In this document: positions 48,991-62,422 of the stretch, piece by piece | Layout of the letters: every line of letters begins with the position of its first letter | Position numbering within the stretch: the first letter of the stretch is position 1 | NCBI GenBank assembly: GCA_002269645.1 | Contig: NIVC01000896.1 | Span: 1-64,000 of the forward strand | DNA from: Macrostomum lignano | Taxonomy: Eukaryota | Direction: 5' to 3' | Length of the DNA: 64,000 bases | Notes under the pieces: generated by a model | The model's input: only the letters and a program-made list of their open reading frames with translations | Told to the model about the DNA's origin: nothing | Databases searched by the model: none | Made by a program: the position numbers and the translations under genes

Positions 48991-49639
48991 CTTAGCATAC
49001 AGTTGCAGTGCTGGAACTATTGGCTGTGCATATGGCCACCATTTTCTGTGTACGTGATAGAACTGATGTACATCCAATATCATTTTAATCCCTTAAGACC
49101 TGAACTTGAGTTCTTCACACAGGTGTACTTGTCTTTGATATTAGGGACCATGCTTTTTTATGATTATACCTTTCTGTAGTTTATTTTTGTCGCAATGTCT
49201 TCATAATTTTATGTTTTGGTTGTCTTTTTTATTAGCTATTTATTCAGATCACTGGTTATCTATGTATTTTTCGAGGTGGTTAGTTGAATTTTCCACTGTT
49301 ATCGGATCTTTACTTATAGTCTGCTTTGATGTGTCAATTGATCATGAGCCTGTGGAAAAGTTATATTTTGGCTAAATAAATTATGGGTATTAAGTACTAA
49401 GTATTAAATACTATTAACAATACTTCATTATACTACTGTATATTGGGGTATACTATATTAGGGTATTATACTACTATTAAGTAGTCCTTGGAATTAACCT
49501 ATGAAACGAGGATAGAGATGTTAGAAGAGGCGTGGAGATCTAAAGAGGAGAGAGGGAGAGAATTAGGACGGGGGATTTATATTTGTCAAAGCATGTAGAA
49601 GTGAGAATCACATCAGGACATTCATGAATGCTTTATGTT

Positions 49640-50052
49640 CTCTCTCTTTTTGGAGAGAGGCAGAGAAAAAGCGGAGAGAGAGGGAGAGGGGAGGAGAGAA
49701 GGAGGGGGAGGGATAGAAGGGGAGAAAGTGAGACAGGGAGAGAAAGAAGGGAGACGGGGAGAGGGGAGACATGGAAATGGGAGAAAGAGAGAGGTAAAAA
49801 AGGAAGAGGGGAGAGAGGGAGAGGGGAGGGGGAGAGTGGAAAAGGAGAGGGTAGAGATGGAGAGTGAGAGAGGGGGAGAGGGAGAGAAGGAGAGGAGTGA
49901 GGCGGATATGGAAGAGAGGGAAATGGGAAGAGATATGGGAAGGAGAGAGATGGAAAGAAGAGAGATGGGAAGAAGAGAGATGGGAAGGAGAGAGATGGGA
50001 AGAAGAGAGATGGGAAGGAGAGATATGGCAAGGAGAGAGATGGAGAGGCGAG
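49640..50052. repeat. GA-rich low-complexity/minisatellite tract
   Basis: Includes ~15-bp gggaaggagagagat units. Confidence 0.92.
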
Positions 50053-50917
50053 ACAATGTAAGTATTATGAAATAGTGTGGAATTTTTTTTTTCTTCAAAA
50101 TTTTTGCGTCTTTTGGCATAGGAATGCTTTTTTCTGGTTCCAATCCCTTTACCTTGATAATAATCATGAAATGTGTTGTAGTACGTTTACGCGCTTATGT
50201 ATTTGCACTCTATAAGGTAAAAGCAACACTGATATTTTCATTTCGTACGGCATCTTCATTGACACGGTACATTTTAGGGTATCTTTGATACCGGTTGCTC
50301 CGATATTATAAGCTTTCTTGCTCACACGCATTGTGTACTTTTTACACGCATACTTTTGAACTTTACCATTTTATTTTTATCGCAGTATTTGTTTGTTTTG
50401 AATAGATAGTGAAGTAAATAGGTGTTCTAAATAGCCAATAGCTCGTTATCATACTTGCATATTGATCCGATCGCGTATCGATTGACTTTACCTTGAGAGG
50501 TAATATACAATTAAGACTTTATTCATTTCTTCAAGGATGTTGTTCTCCTATAAAGTGGGTACTATTGGTCTCGTTATTGGCCGAATGAGGAAATACATCA
50601 GAGCGGTCTGCATGGCCCTTCTGGGTCACCACTAGACACCCAAATTTCGCGAAACAAACATATCATAATTGTAATTCGATTCCGCAAATTGCGAAAATTG
50701 GAATCCGATTGCGGATAACTGCCACAATTACAATTTCTTGGCTTTCAATTTTGGATTGCAATAATTGCAATTTTATTGTCAATTCTAATTGCAATTCTCA
50801 CAATTAACGCAATTAGATTGCAATTATGCTGATTTTACAATCGGACACACGATAATTGCACGATTATTGTGTTTTGATCGGGCAATTTTCCCGCAATTAT
50901 CGCAATTATGGCTTTCT

Positions 50918-51263
50918 GCATAGTGAGGGCTGCTTCACCCGGCACCGCTACCTCCAGGGCCACGTGGACGCAGAGACCTGCCTCTTCTCGGGCCGACCCT
51001 TACCCTTGAGGAGGCGTGTAGGCCTGAGAATACCCCCCCCCCCAGCTGTCCCGTTTCATTCGTGCGACTGGAAGAGCTGAGTTTTCCCAGGGCACGTGAC
51101 TCACCGGCTCAATGCTGGTGAATCTGCAGGAACCGCCTGCGGAACGCCCTGAGCAGCACCCCTCCAACGGGAGGCCGTCTGGTTGCCAGGGTTTTGCGAC
51201 ATGGACGGCCATCGTCTACTCGAAGTTCCGCTCGCGGACACCCTGCGGATAAGCTAAGCTAAG
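50918..51263 (+). mobile_element. 3' fragment of an RNase H-type LINE related to 33840
   Basis: EGCFTRHRYLQGH matches HGCFSRHRFLQG; ends ccctgcggataagctaagctaag. Confidence 0.75.
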
Positions 51264-51979
51264 AAGAGAGAATGCTTTAGAAGAGCTGGAAATTACACGG
51301 TATTGGATTGGCTCCCGGCCCCGGAGCAATATATCAATATTCAATACGCAATATATTGTGCAGTCGAACACATTAAGAAGCGATGAAGACAAACATTTCT
51401 AAATACACATAAAAAAGCGAGTCTTCAAAGACATTGGGATCAATATTTACAATTGTTACGTCCTAATTCAACAGTAACTTATAACAATCCTTGCATAGAA
51501 CAACTTTTTAGAATCTCCCCAAATTTTTGCCGCCATGAGACATCGAATTTCGTCAGTTTTCAGTATAGAAACAGGAAAAATAGTTAGCAGTATAACAAAT
51601 TTCTGAGAAAATTTTAACTTGAACATTAAATTTTGACTAGTGAGTATTCAGGGTTGTTTTTTTCGACTGAATACCCCTGAATACCGATTGAATCAAGGGT
51701 TGTTTGATTTCTGATTGTTAGTTGCAATACAATGATCATACGCTTTGCTTATCTATTTTTAGCATTCAAGATTCAACCGATTCAAATAGTTTTTGGTGAG
51801 CATTTTCGCGTCGGTCCGGCGCGTGTCTTCCTGTGGAGTATGAATATCTTTTTCATTCGTTATCTAGACTTAGCATTAACACACAGTTAATTACTGATTC
51901 GGTGCCTGCGGTTGTTAACGATTTCTATTTGAATCTAGTCAAAATGGCTTTTTCTAAAGGTTTTAAGGCTTCTCAATAG

Positions 51980-52350
51980 CTATCCGGTCCGCTTCGGTGA
52001 CGTAACGCGGGACTGCAGCGAGCAGCAGCAGCAGAGCGACTTGACGAAGCGGGTTGGAGCTGCATTTGCTCTGAATATAGAGTAGTAGGTGAAAGCCGTC
52101 ACCTCACTGCGGTTATCCAGGTCTGGTGAATGATATTGTGGAGGGAGACGGAGGGATGTAGAGGGCGGATGTAGAGGGCGGATGCCGAGCTCATGGCCCG
52201 AGCTTAAGACTTACCAGCTACATGTAAGCAGACTCTGCTTTGATCTCTCAGCATCTTAAAAATTCACTCCGCAGTCACACAGCAGGCGGACACTGCAGGT
52301 CAATATAAATGCCCCAAGACAGAAATATGCAATTTGCTGCAATTAACCAG
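51980..52350 (-). pseudogene. Decayed paralog A of a small two-exon secreted-protein gene
   Basis: YFCLGAFILTCSV...SRVCLHVA | DLDNRSEVTAFTYYS; intron 52214-52123 gtaagt...caccag; lost ATG, indels and W>stop. Confidence 0.5.
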
Positions 52351-53004
52351 GCAGCTCTAGCTTTCAACAGGGGCTGTCCCTCTCAGAGGCGGTGGGGATG
52401 GCTTTAGGGGTGACTGCAGCTCATTAATATCTGGGTCAGAAGGTGCTGGTAACTCAGCTCACTGCGGCCCCTCCTCCCTCCCTTCCGGACCGCGCAGGAC
52501 AGGAATATCTTCCCTATTTTCCCTACTGGGCTCGTCCGTGATGCTGTTAGTTATTTAGTTTAATTGGGGCTAGAATTTACAAAATATTGAAATAATTTTG
52601 AAGTGGAGATTGGAGGCTGCAGTATCAGCACTGGAGAGATTGGTGCCAATGTAATAGGAGAGCAATAAATGTTTTACTGCTGCACACAGGGTAGTTCGCT
52701 GGTGAGCGCTTACCTGGATAGGCGGGGCTGGCTTGTATTGTGGAGGTTGGACTGAAGGTAAATTAGTAACCTGAGCGTGTGGCTGGATGCTGAAATGCGA
52801 TATGAAAAACTGAAGCGCATCAACATGAACAAATATTTGGTATATCAGTGCATCAGCAGCCACAGAGAGTTGCTAGAAGAAGGTGGGAAGATAAGATGAA
52901 ACTAAAAGCACTGCTGCTTATGCCGGTACTACACCCACCTGTAACCAACCCCAGCACACACCTGTAACCAACCCCAGCACTCACCCGTAACCAACCTCTG
53001 GAAA

Positions 53005-54050
53005 CCTCTGGTGCTCTCTGGAAAGGAGAGTTCAGCCCTGCGGGTGGCCCGGAGGTAGCGCATGAGCTGGTTAAAGTTTTAGGGTTTGCACGCTTCAGTA
53101 ATAGATGTGTGTGGCCCGAGGTAAGTGAGTCTGGCCCGCGTGAAGGCGGGACAGATGCTGACGAAATGCTCAGCGGTTTCGTCACCTGAGTTACAGAAAC
53201 TGCAGATGGCGTTGCCCTGCAGGTACTGGTGCCTAGAGAAGCAGCAGTGACCTGAGAGGGTCATGGTGGCAGCCCGGATGTCTCTGCGCGAGAGGCGCAA
53301 GAGGAGCTTCCGGAGCTGGTGAGAGGGCTGAGGGACAGCGCCTCTGGATTGCCTGCAGTTCGTGCGGTTCGCCCAAGTCGAGCGGTGCTGAGTCCTGATC
53401 CACGCTTTGATGCGCGAGTCGATGACACAGCCAGGAATCGGGACAAGAGGTTCGGGGCCGAGAGAGGAGCCGGAGGCGCCAACTTTTGCAAGGGCGTCAG
53501 CCAACTCATTTCCTCGGATCCCCACATGCCCGGGAACCCACTTAAGGGTAATTTTGTTGGTGGGGCCCAACATGTTGAGGAGTTTGATACAGTCGAGGAC
53601 TGTAGCAGAGTTGGTGCTGCAGCCACTGATGGCGTGCAAGGCAGCTTGGCTGTCCGAATGGAAAATGTTGTTCTTCCCGGTAACACCAGTGGCGAGGAGC
53701 TCTGCGATGCAGGAGCTCTGCGATGCAGGAGCTGATGGCGAGAACTTCATTTTGGAAGACACTGGAGTTGACCCCAGTGTACTGAGCGTGGGTTGCGATG
53801 ACCCTCCCGTTCAGGAAGATTCCAACACCAAAACCGGTATTGGCTGACTGCTTAGAACCATCGGTGTAGCAGTGAAGCTTACCAGGGTTCCAGTGGTCAT
53901 TGATGGTATCGCGCGAGTCGATAGCTACAGAGTAGCGTTGTCTCAGGTTGAGCGTTGAGGCAATGCCATAGGTGAAGACGCGATTGGCCTGACACTCGAT
54001 ATATATAAGTTTCGACGCTGACTTGGCAGTATTGTAGGAGTTCACTTGCA
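53005..54050 (-). mobile_element. RNase H-bearing LINE 3' fragment, same clade as 33840
   Basis: YTDGSK, FQNEVLAI, HSDSQAAL, WVPGH, CRQSR, LSGH motifs; internal duplication and frameshifts. Confidence 0.88.
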
Positions 54051-54257
54051 ATACACAAACAACACGTCAGTTTTAGTATTAGGAAATATTGAGCACGATA
54101 CATTTAGTGGATAAGGCTTAGGGGTGGAGAACAAAAGTAGACAGATTGAAGAACGTACATAAGTAAGAGAGTACATCAAGATATTGTAGAAAGGCGCACA
54201 GAGTGAAACAGGTAAAAACACCACCCCCAAACACTAAATAAAGAATAAAGAATAAAA

Positions 54258-54618
54258 TCAACCCAGCCAAGTCACCACAATCTGGCGATTGTGGTGACAA
54301 TAGTGGTGAGGAAGTAGTGGTGATTGTGGTGAGGAATAGTGGGTGAGAGCTGTCACCACACTTTGGAGTTCCAGGTCTGGTGAGATAATACTTGTAGAGA
54401 GAGACGGAGGGATGGAGAGTGCGGATGCAGTGAGCGGATGTAGAGGGCGGAGGCCCAGCTCATGCCCCGTGCTCAGCAGACTTACATGTACCAGCTAAGC
54501 TGACTCTGCTGTTATTTCTCTGAATTCGGAAAAACCAGTCCGCAGTCACACACCCTGCGACGCTGCAAGCCAATATAAAAGCCCCGAGTCAAAAATATAC
54601 AACAGCTGCGATCGCCAT
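54258..54618 (-). pseudogene. Paralog B of the small secreted-protein gene (exons 54618-54486, 54376-54258)
   Basis: MAIAAVVYF*LGAFILACSVAGCVTADWFFR...GT | YLELQSVVTALTHYS; phase-1 intron gtaagt...caccag at the same position as in paralog A; TGA at codon 10. Confidence 0.55.
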
Positions 54619-54765
54619 GGCAACCAGGCAGCTACAGCTTTTACTCGTAATAGGGGATGCCTTTCACAGAGGCTGTTGGGATGGCCTTGCAGCAGACAGA
54701 CTGCATTTGAAGGCGCTGAGTCCGGCTTGGATGGGGGTGTTGTATATGCAGTTATGCATGATAGA

Positions 54766-55180
54766 TAGACTGTAACGGGTGATCCAAAAAATGGACAAAC
54801 TTTGTAGTGAAACTGTGCCAAGGCAATACAGTGAATCTTTACAGGCTCGCAGCAGGTGAATCCTGACACCTGTAAGATTTTTTCTGCCAACTTTAAAATG
54901 GATATCTTTATCCAGTTTCCTAAAATAGCCATTCTAAATTTAGCCAACAGTCACTTTCAACTTGAAGCCATAGACAGTAGATGTGTAATTGTAGAAACAA
55001 CCAAAGACACTTTCGACTTAAAGCCAAAGACTATTTGGAATATTCATTGCAAAGTTGGCAGAAAAAATCTTACAGGTGTCAGGATTCACCTGCTGCGAGC
55101 CTGTAAAGATTCACTGTATTGCCTTGGCACAGTTTCACTACAAAGTTTGTCTATTTTTTTGGATCACCCGTTATAGTCTA
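54766..55180. mobile_element. MITE with ~130-bp near-perfect TIRs, bounded by TA
   Basis: 54766-54894 is the reverse complement of 55051-55180. Confidence 0.88.
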
Positions 55181-57307
55181 TGTTCAAACCCCCGCGCTCC
55201 GTAACTTGTATTGCTTTATAAATGAGTTCACTGGGAAAGAAACAACAAAAAATAAACGTGCCCCATTGACACAGCCCGAAGCGGCATTGCAAGTCGAACG
55301 ACTTCTTGGAATGAATACACAACATGGCATCGCAACGCAGTAGATGGAAATCTGCATCGCCAGCGGAACTAACGGCAGTGAATGCCACGAGTACATTGAA
55401 GCTCGATATCAGAGCTGTACCAAAGTTCGACCTGGAGTCTCGAAGACATCTATTGACGCAATGGATTCAGACGTGGAATAGCTTTGAAGTGATATCAGGC
55501 CAGACAGATCTGCCAGAAGGCAAACAGAAGAAGCGACTGCGTCCCTGCGCCCTGCAATACTCACTGAGTCTGGAGACACTCAAAGTAGTCTAGAACCTTC
55601 CCGACTTGAAAGCAGAAGCCAAAGACGACCCGAACAGCATCGTAGAGGCACTGAAGACTTTCATCACAGGAGAAAGAAACGAAACCTTCGAGCGTCGAGA
55701 ATTTTGGATTCTCGAATTTTGAATTTTGAATTTTGAATTTTGGATGCGAAACCAGCAAGCCGACGAGTCATTCAGCAATTGGTACATGGCTCTGAAGGAA
55801 ATTGCAAGCAGATGCAATTTCTCCAGGTGCTGCAAGAACTGCGAAGAATTTCAACTGAGAGATCAAATTGTCAACGGACATAGGGACAGCAAAACCGTCG
55901 AGAGACTGCTCGAACAAGGAAACGACCTCAGTCTGGAAACGGCAAAGAAGATATGCGAGGCGGCAGAGTCCTCACACAAAAAAGCTCCGTAATGACGAGT
56001 GAGCAGAGCATATCTACACTTAGAAATAAATCTTCCTACCAGAGAAACAAGTCTGTTCTGCCACCAATGCAAAAAACAGCCCAGTAAAAGTTCGAAAACC
56101 TCTGACCTACACTCCAAAGACTACCTGTAAATTCTGCGGTGGAAAGCATGAGCAGAGAAAAGAAAAGTGTCCAGCATGGAAGAAGACATGTACGAAGTGC
56201 GGTAACGCAAATCATTTCGCTAAGCAGTGTAAATCCAGGATGCATAAGATTAGCGCAGTTAAACCAGGACCAGAAATTGGATCCCTCATCTTAGCAACCG
56301 CGAACCAGCTACAGAGAATCACTATCGAAGTGAAAAGTCAAGGGAACTGGTACAAGGTAGATTTCCTGCCTGACACAGGAGCCAGCATCAACGCTATTTC
56401 TGAAGTGGATTTGCATCTGTTAGGCGAACACCGAGACAATTTGCTTGGGAGCAGCATTGAGCCCAAAGCAGTAGAGGGAAGTAAGATAGAAAACTGGGAA
56501 AAATTATTTCTCGAGATGCGGCTGGGATCCACAAATCTAAAGTTCGAAGTCTTCATCCTTCAAGGAATCAAAACTCCAATCATCTCACGTCAGACATGCA
56601 AGGGTCTTCAAATAATTCATACAGACTTCCCGAAGCAGCTACCGAAAAAAGCACGAAATTCAAACTGTGTCTTCATAGTCACCCAGGGAACAAATGATAT
56701 CAGAGTTCCCCGAAGTATTCAGTGGAGAAGTAAAGCCGATGCCTGGCGAGAAATTCAGAATCCAGCTAGCAAAAGGGGCAATACCCTTCTCCGTCTCGAC
56801 TCCAAGGCGAATCGCGGGACCTCTGAAACCAAGACTGAAGCAAGAACTGGACGAACTCGGAGAACAAGGCATCATAACGAATGTAAGAGAACCAACCGAG
56901 TGGTGCGTGCCAATTACAGTCCAGTCCAAAAAGGATTCCGACAAGATTCGACTCTGTGTAGATTTGCGCAACTTGAATAAATTCGTGACACGTGAAAGAT
57001 ACCAAAGCAGTACTCCGTTTAAAGTAGTATCAATACTGCGAGCAAACGCACGATACTTTACGACAGTAGATGCTCTGAAGGGATATCATCAGGTACCGTT
57101 GGACACCGAGTCGCAAAAGCTGACAACATTCATGACGCCATATGGCCGATATATGTATGTCAGAGCAAACCCCCGCGCTCCGTAACTTGTATTATTGCTT
57201 TACAAATGAGTTCACTGGGAAAGAAAGAACAATAATAAACGTGCTCCATTGACACAGCCCGAAGCAGCATTGCAAGTCGAACGACTTCTTCGAATGAATA
57301 CACAACA
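55181..57307 (+). mobile_element. Internally deleted Ty3/Gypsy (Mag-like) element
   Basis: 5' LTR 55181-55324 (TGTTC...CAACA) followed by TGGCATCG; decayed gag with Zn knuckle, DTGAS protease, RT N-half (IRLCVDLRNLN, VDALKGYHQVPL, FMTPYGRY) fused to a 5'-clipped LTR 57166-57307; no TSD. Confidence 0.88.
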
Positions 57308-60054
57308 GGGGGGGGGGGTTGTGGCTGCAGTGGTCCAGACCACTGGGAGTGCACCATGGATGAAGAAGGATGATGCAGAAGTATGGAACAATAGAAAGCT
57401 AGAAGAGTCAAGAGTTTACTGTATTCATCATCCATGGGCCGCTAGAACTGCAGTCTCCAAACAGCCACCAATGGGAGCAGCTTCTCGGTGCAGAGAGCAG
57501 CTGAAGCTGCCTGAGCAGTAGTAGCGTGACACAAGTGGATGAGCCACATCTTACAGTCACTCGTGAGTGCGCGAATGTGCCGTGCAATAAGATTTGGCTC
57601 ATCCACACTTGCATCACACTACTACTGGCGGGAGGGTTAGAATTTATTTGAATTTGCTAGTCATTTTCATATCAGTTAGGTGAAATATAGAACAATACAA
57701 GCAATTTGTACATTTTTGGTATAGTAGACTAGCCATTTAGACCCCCTCAGGGGGCCGTAAAATGTCCCATTTGTGCACCTGAGTGTAATTAAACTAATTA
57801 ATCAAAATTTTGATTAATTATTTAAGAATTCGCTTTTTTTCATTTGTAGCAAAAATCATTACCCCTTACTCAAAAATTTCAACAGTCAAAAAGGTTACCT
57901 TCAGCAGCCCAAAACCCTTTCTCAATCAGCAAAAATTACCTGTCCAGTCAACCAAAAATCAATAGTGCGTATCTTCATTAGCCTGGGTATATTCTGGTTC
58001 CCAAACAGATCAATACGCCGATCCCTGACGGCTGTAAAGCTCTTTTATTAGCATAAGTCAAGGCATCAAATCTCTCTAAAACACATTTCCCAGTAGCAGA
58101 AATTAGCAATATCTCATGGACTGAATTAAACGTTTCACTTAAGCCGTACTTCTTTGGCTATTTAACAATCACGCAACAGCCTAAAACTCCCCACTAAAAG
58201 TCCCACACGAATTTCTATTAGCCAAAAACAAAAGCCTTGACATTTTAGGAATGTCCTAGAAAGTTAGGACAGTCAGGACATCTTAGAAAGCCCCCCAGGA
58301 GAATTTAAATCTTAGGAATTCCCCCATAAGTCTTTTATGGTTGACATGGCGATTTTTCTATGATGAAACCCTAACCCTAACCCCAAAACTGACTCTAAAC
58401 CCTAATCCTAAAACCATGGGTGTCTTAGAATTTTAGCAATTCCCCCATAGGCCTTGAGCCTCAACTTCTCAGCAGCTCCCTCATAAGCCTCAAAATCTCA
58501 AACAATTCCCCCCGAAAGCCTTGACCTGTCAGAAATTCCCCTCATGAGTCTTGGCACCTCAGCAGCTCCCCCTTAAGCCACAGAATTTCGCGGGCAGTCC
58601 CCCTGGACGTCGATTTCCGGTCAGAGAACAGTAATATACGAAATATCGGAGAGCTTGTCAGAATATCAAGCGTTTATAATGATTAGTTAAATGTGGTTAA
58701 CGATTTAGCAGAATATTTTAATTTCAACATACGATAGATTCTTCACTTTGCAGTATCTGCAGAAACTTAACGTACTGGGAAAACGTTTATTCAGCCCCAT
58801 CTGGATCGGTGTTAAATATCAGAGTGTGCAGTTGCAAGATAAATTTTTGCATGTCGCGCCAACCCCATGCCGGATACCAACTCTCACAGATAAAGCAGGT
58901 GCTAGATTTAGATTGCTTTTTTGACTTTTGCAACTGGGTCTGACTTTTACTCAAATAATAAAGTCTGGCCTGGGTTTGGAAAACTGACTCTGACGAAATT
59001 TGCACAATTTTATCTACAACTCTGTATAAAACTGCATGGATGCCAACTGCAGTATCCAGATCAGGTTCCACTAAGTAAATTTAGAGTGTGGAAATTGACA
59101 AACATTGGAGAATAAATAATTAATATTAGAAATACGTTTTTCTCGGAAGCCTTGCAAAGTTTGCATGCCTATGGCAATGGTGTAATTTCATTTCGCAAAG
59201 GTTTTGCGGGAGTTTTTTCACACGTTTTTCAGCATAAAAACGATGAAGCTGCTTTGAGCTGTCAAGAATGTCGTTTTTTGGCATCCATTTTATTAGAAGC
59301 AGGGATGCCAACTCTCTAAAGACCCTGACGCACTTTAGGCGACAATGCCCAAAATTTCTCTTCATGGTAATGACCGGCCATTGCTTAGAATTCTAATTTT
59401 AATGCAACCAATTAATTGAAGCCAAGTGTTTTTCCAGCATCTGGCAAAGCGTATCGAGCCTCCTCCGAAACGAAATTAAATTCGTCCTAGGTCACGTGGC
59501 CCATCTCCCTGCAGGGCTAATGTCCATCTTTGCAGCCGTCCATGTAATTAGTTTAGGGATGGCTGCAGAGCAAGGGGTGGGTGACTCTGGTAACCTTTCC
59601 CTTAAACCCCCTAATCGGCATCGACTGATAAGAATTCACGACAGCGTACATAAAGTGCGTACATTAGGTAAGAAAAAAGGAATCAGTGTGTTGAAATTTT
59701 AAGCAATACGGGCTGGGTGCAAAGGGCAGAAAAAGAATCAATGGTCGGGTGTGTACATTCAGATTCTCTGACCCTGTCTGACTGGCAGTGACTCAGCTAA
59801 CTCATTAATTTGAGCACTATACTAGCAATCAGCGCCCCCCCCCCCGTTGGGGAGCCAAAAATGCAGTACAAGTTTTTTTAATAAACTACATGTAGCGTCT
59901 CTTTGCAATATACCTCAGAAGTCCCTTGTAAGCCTTGACATGTCAGCAATTCCCCCCACAAGCCTTAACATATCAACTTCCCCCCTATCATCTCAGCGAT
60001 GCCCCCCAAAAGCCTTGAAATCTTAAAAAATCTGTCAACCTTCTAACCATAACC

Positions 60055-60117
60055 CCTAGCCTAACCCTAACCCTAACCCTAACCCTAACCCTAACCCTAG
60101 CCCTAACCCTAACCCTA
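60055..60117. repeat. Interstitial telomere-like (CCCTAA)n, about 10 units
   Basis: cctaaccctaaccctaacc...; shorter arrays at ~58368 and inverted at ~62806. Confidence 0.9.
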
Positions 60118-61942
60118 AAGCATTGACTTGGTGAGAATTCAGTAATTCTCACCAAGAGTTATTATAGCACTACAGCATTATAGCGATTCCCTGCAAGCCT
60201 TGACATCGTAGGGATTCCCAAATGAATCTCTTAACTTCGACATGACGCTTCTTTTATTTTTTACATGACGTTTTTTCTTTCAGCGACACCGGCCCCGTGA
60301 GGAGCCAACAACTAATGTAATAAAAAGTTTTGAAAAAACTACATGTAGTTTCTGACTTTAGCCTTAACATCTCAGCTATTCCCCCATGAGCCTTGACATC
60401 TCAGCTATCCCCCCCCCCCGTAAGCTTTGACATCAAAGGTAATTCTCCCCTAAAGTAACAGCACACAGTTTCATGTGACGTTTTTTACATCACACTTCTT
60501 TTATGTCTGACATAACGCTACTTTTGTCAAGGCTTTATTCTACTTTTGAATAAACTACATGCTTAATCTACAGCTTCTCTTTGCAATAAACTCAGCAATC
60601 CTTTGTGAGCCTTGACATCTCAGCTATTCCCCTCGCAAGTATTAACATCTCAGCTATTCCCCTCTTTTTCACATGACGCTTTTTCTATCAGCGCCTCACG
60701 TGGCGAGCCAACAAAGAATGTAATAAAAAAATTGAGTAAACTACGAGTACATGTAGCTTCTGGCTTTTGCCTTGACATCTCAGAAATTCACCCGTAATCC
60801 TTTACATCTCAGTTATTCTCCATAAGCCTTGACATCATAGTAATTCTCCTCAAGAGTCACAGCACAGTTTTACGTGATGCTTCTGTTATTTTTGACATGA
60901 GGCTTCTTTCGATTTTTACACGACACTTCTTTCATGTCTGACATGACGCTTCTTTTATTATTCCATGACGCTTCTACGATTTTTACATGACGCTTCCAGG
61001 ATTTTTTCATGACGTTTCTTTTTAAAAAGTCTTTTAGTTTTCCTGACGTTAAAAAGCTTTAATAAAAAAACTCTACTCTCTGAAAATTCGAACCATCGTC
61101 GCTGCATTTAGCAGTTCAGTCTATTCACCTCTATAGGCTAGCTCTCATCGTTCTGATAGCATGAAATTTAGCACTTATATAATTCAACACTTTAAACTCG
61201 ATCCAAGCATAGAGTAAATCACACGAAGCAGTTATGACATAATAAATTTCTCAGTCAGTCAGTATCAGTTAACAATATGGTTACGCAATCTGAATCAAGT
61301 CTGGTGCTACGCTTCCACACTGCATTTCCATTTCTAGTCGGAGTTACAATTCAGTTTTGAAGCAATCTATTTCAGAATCAGAATTCAACCAGTCAGTTTT
61401 TTCTCTAGCATTCTTACAATGCATTTCAAGTCGAAAAGTTTGCTTGACCTTTGCAAAAAAGCATGTTTTTTGGAATATTTAATCCCTTTAGCATTGACCA
61501 ATTTCTTAGCCAGAACACATGTACCGTCACGGGAAAATTTCTGATCGAACAGTGCAAGTCTCATGAAAATCGGTCAAGCCGTTTTTTCTCTAATCTATCA
61601 CTGCTCGTGACTTCCCGACTATGCGCCAAAAAATAAAATTATATTATAAGGCTTTTCTTTATAATAGCGCGTTTTAGGCAAATAGCAGCAGGCTAAGCAT
61701 AAGGTTGACGGTTGAGTCTGTATTGAAACAGAAAATTGATCTGTGGGGAGTAGTGCTAATCTGGGGGAGAAGTGCTAGTTTGGGGAAGCTGTACTAATCT
61801 GACTTATACAATAAAGCAATAAGTGTAAGAAGATTGCAAATCAAATTGTAATTGCAAGTTGAAAACATTTCAAATGCTTTCGATTTATTGGGAAATTTGG
61901 AAATTTGTGACCGCCTGCTAAGGGTTTGGGCGAAACAGTGCA

Positions 61943-62422
61943 GGTGAACCATTGCTAAACTGCTGGTAAACCATTGCTAAACTGCTGGTGAACCATTGCT
62001 AAACTACTGGTGAACCATTGCTAAACTGCTGGTGAACCATTGCTTAACTGCTGGTGAACCATTGCTAAACTGCTGGTGAACCATTGCTAAACTGCTGGTG
62101 AACCATTGCTAAACTGCTGGTGAACCATTGCTAAACTGCTGGTGAACTATTGCTAAACTGCTGGTGAACCATTGCTAAACTGCTGGTGAACCATTGCTAA
62201 ACTGCTGGTGAACCATTGCTAAACTGCTGGTGAACCATTGCTAAACTGCTGGTGAACCATTGCTAAACTGCTGGTGAACCATTGCTAAACTGCTGGTGAA
62301 CCATTGCTAAACTGCTGGTGAACCATTGCTAAACTGCTGGTGAACCATTGCTAAACTGTTGGTGTGGTGAACCATTGCTAAACTGTTGGTGAACCATTGC
62401 TAAACTGTTGGTGAACCATTGC
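61943..62422. repeat. 22-bp minisatellite ggtgaaccattgctaaactgct, about 21-22 copies
   Basis: Head-to-tail near-identical units with no spacers. Confidence 0.97.

Noticed and set aside
54589-54591. In-frame TGA aligned to Cys in the paralog, suggesting selenocysteine
   Set aside because: Lies in a signal-peptide-like stretch, is one substitution from TGT, the paralog is also decayed, and I could not identify a SECIS
58780-59360. Short coding-like frames
   Set aside because: Interrupted by stops, with no motif or paralog to support them
61943-62422. CRISPR array
   Set aside because: Units are contiguous with no unique spacers; eukaryotic context; no cas genes
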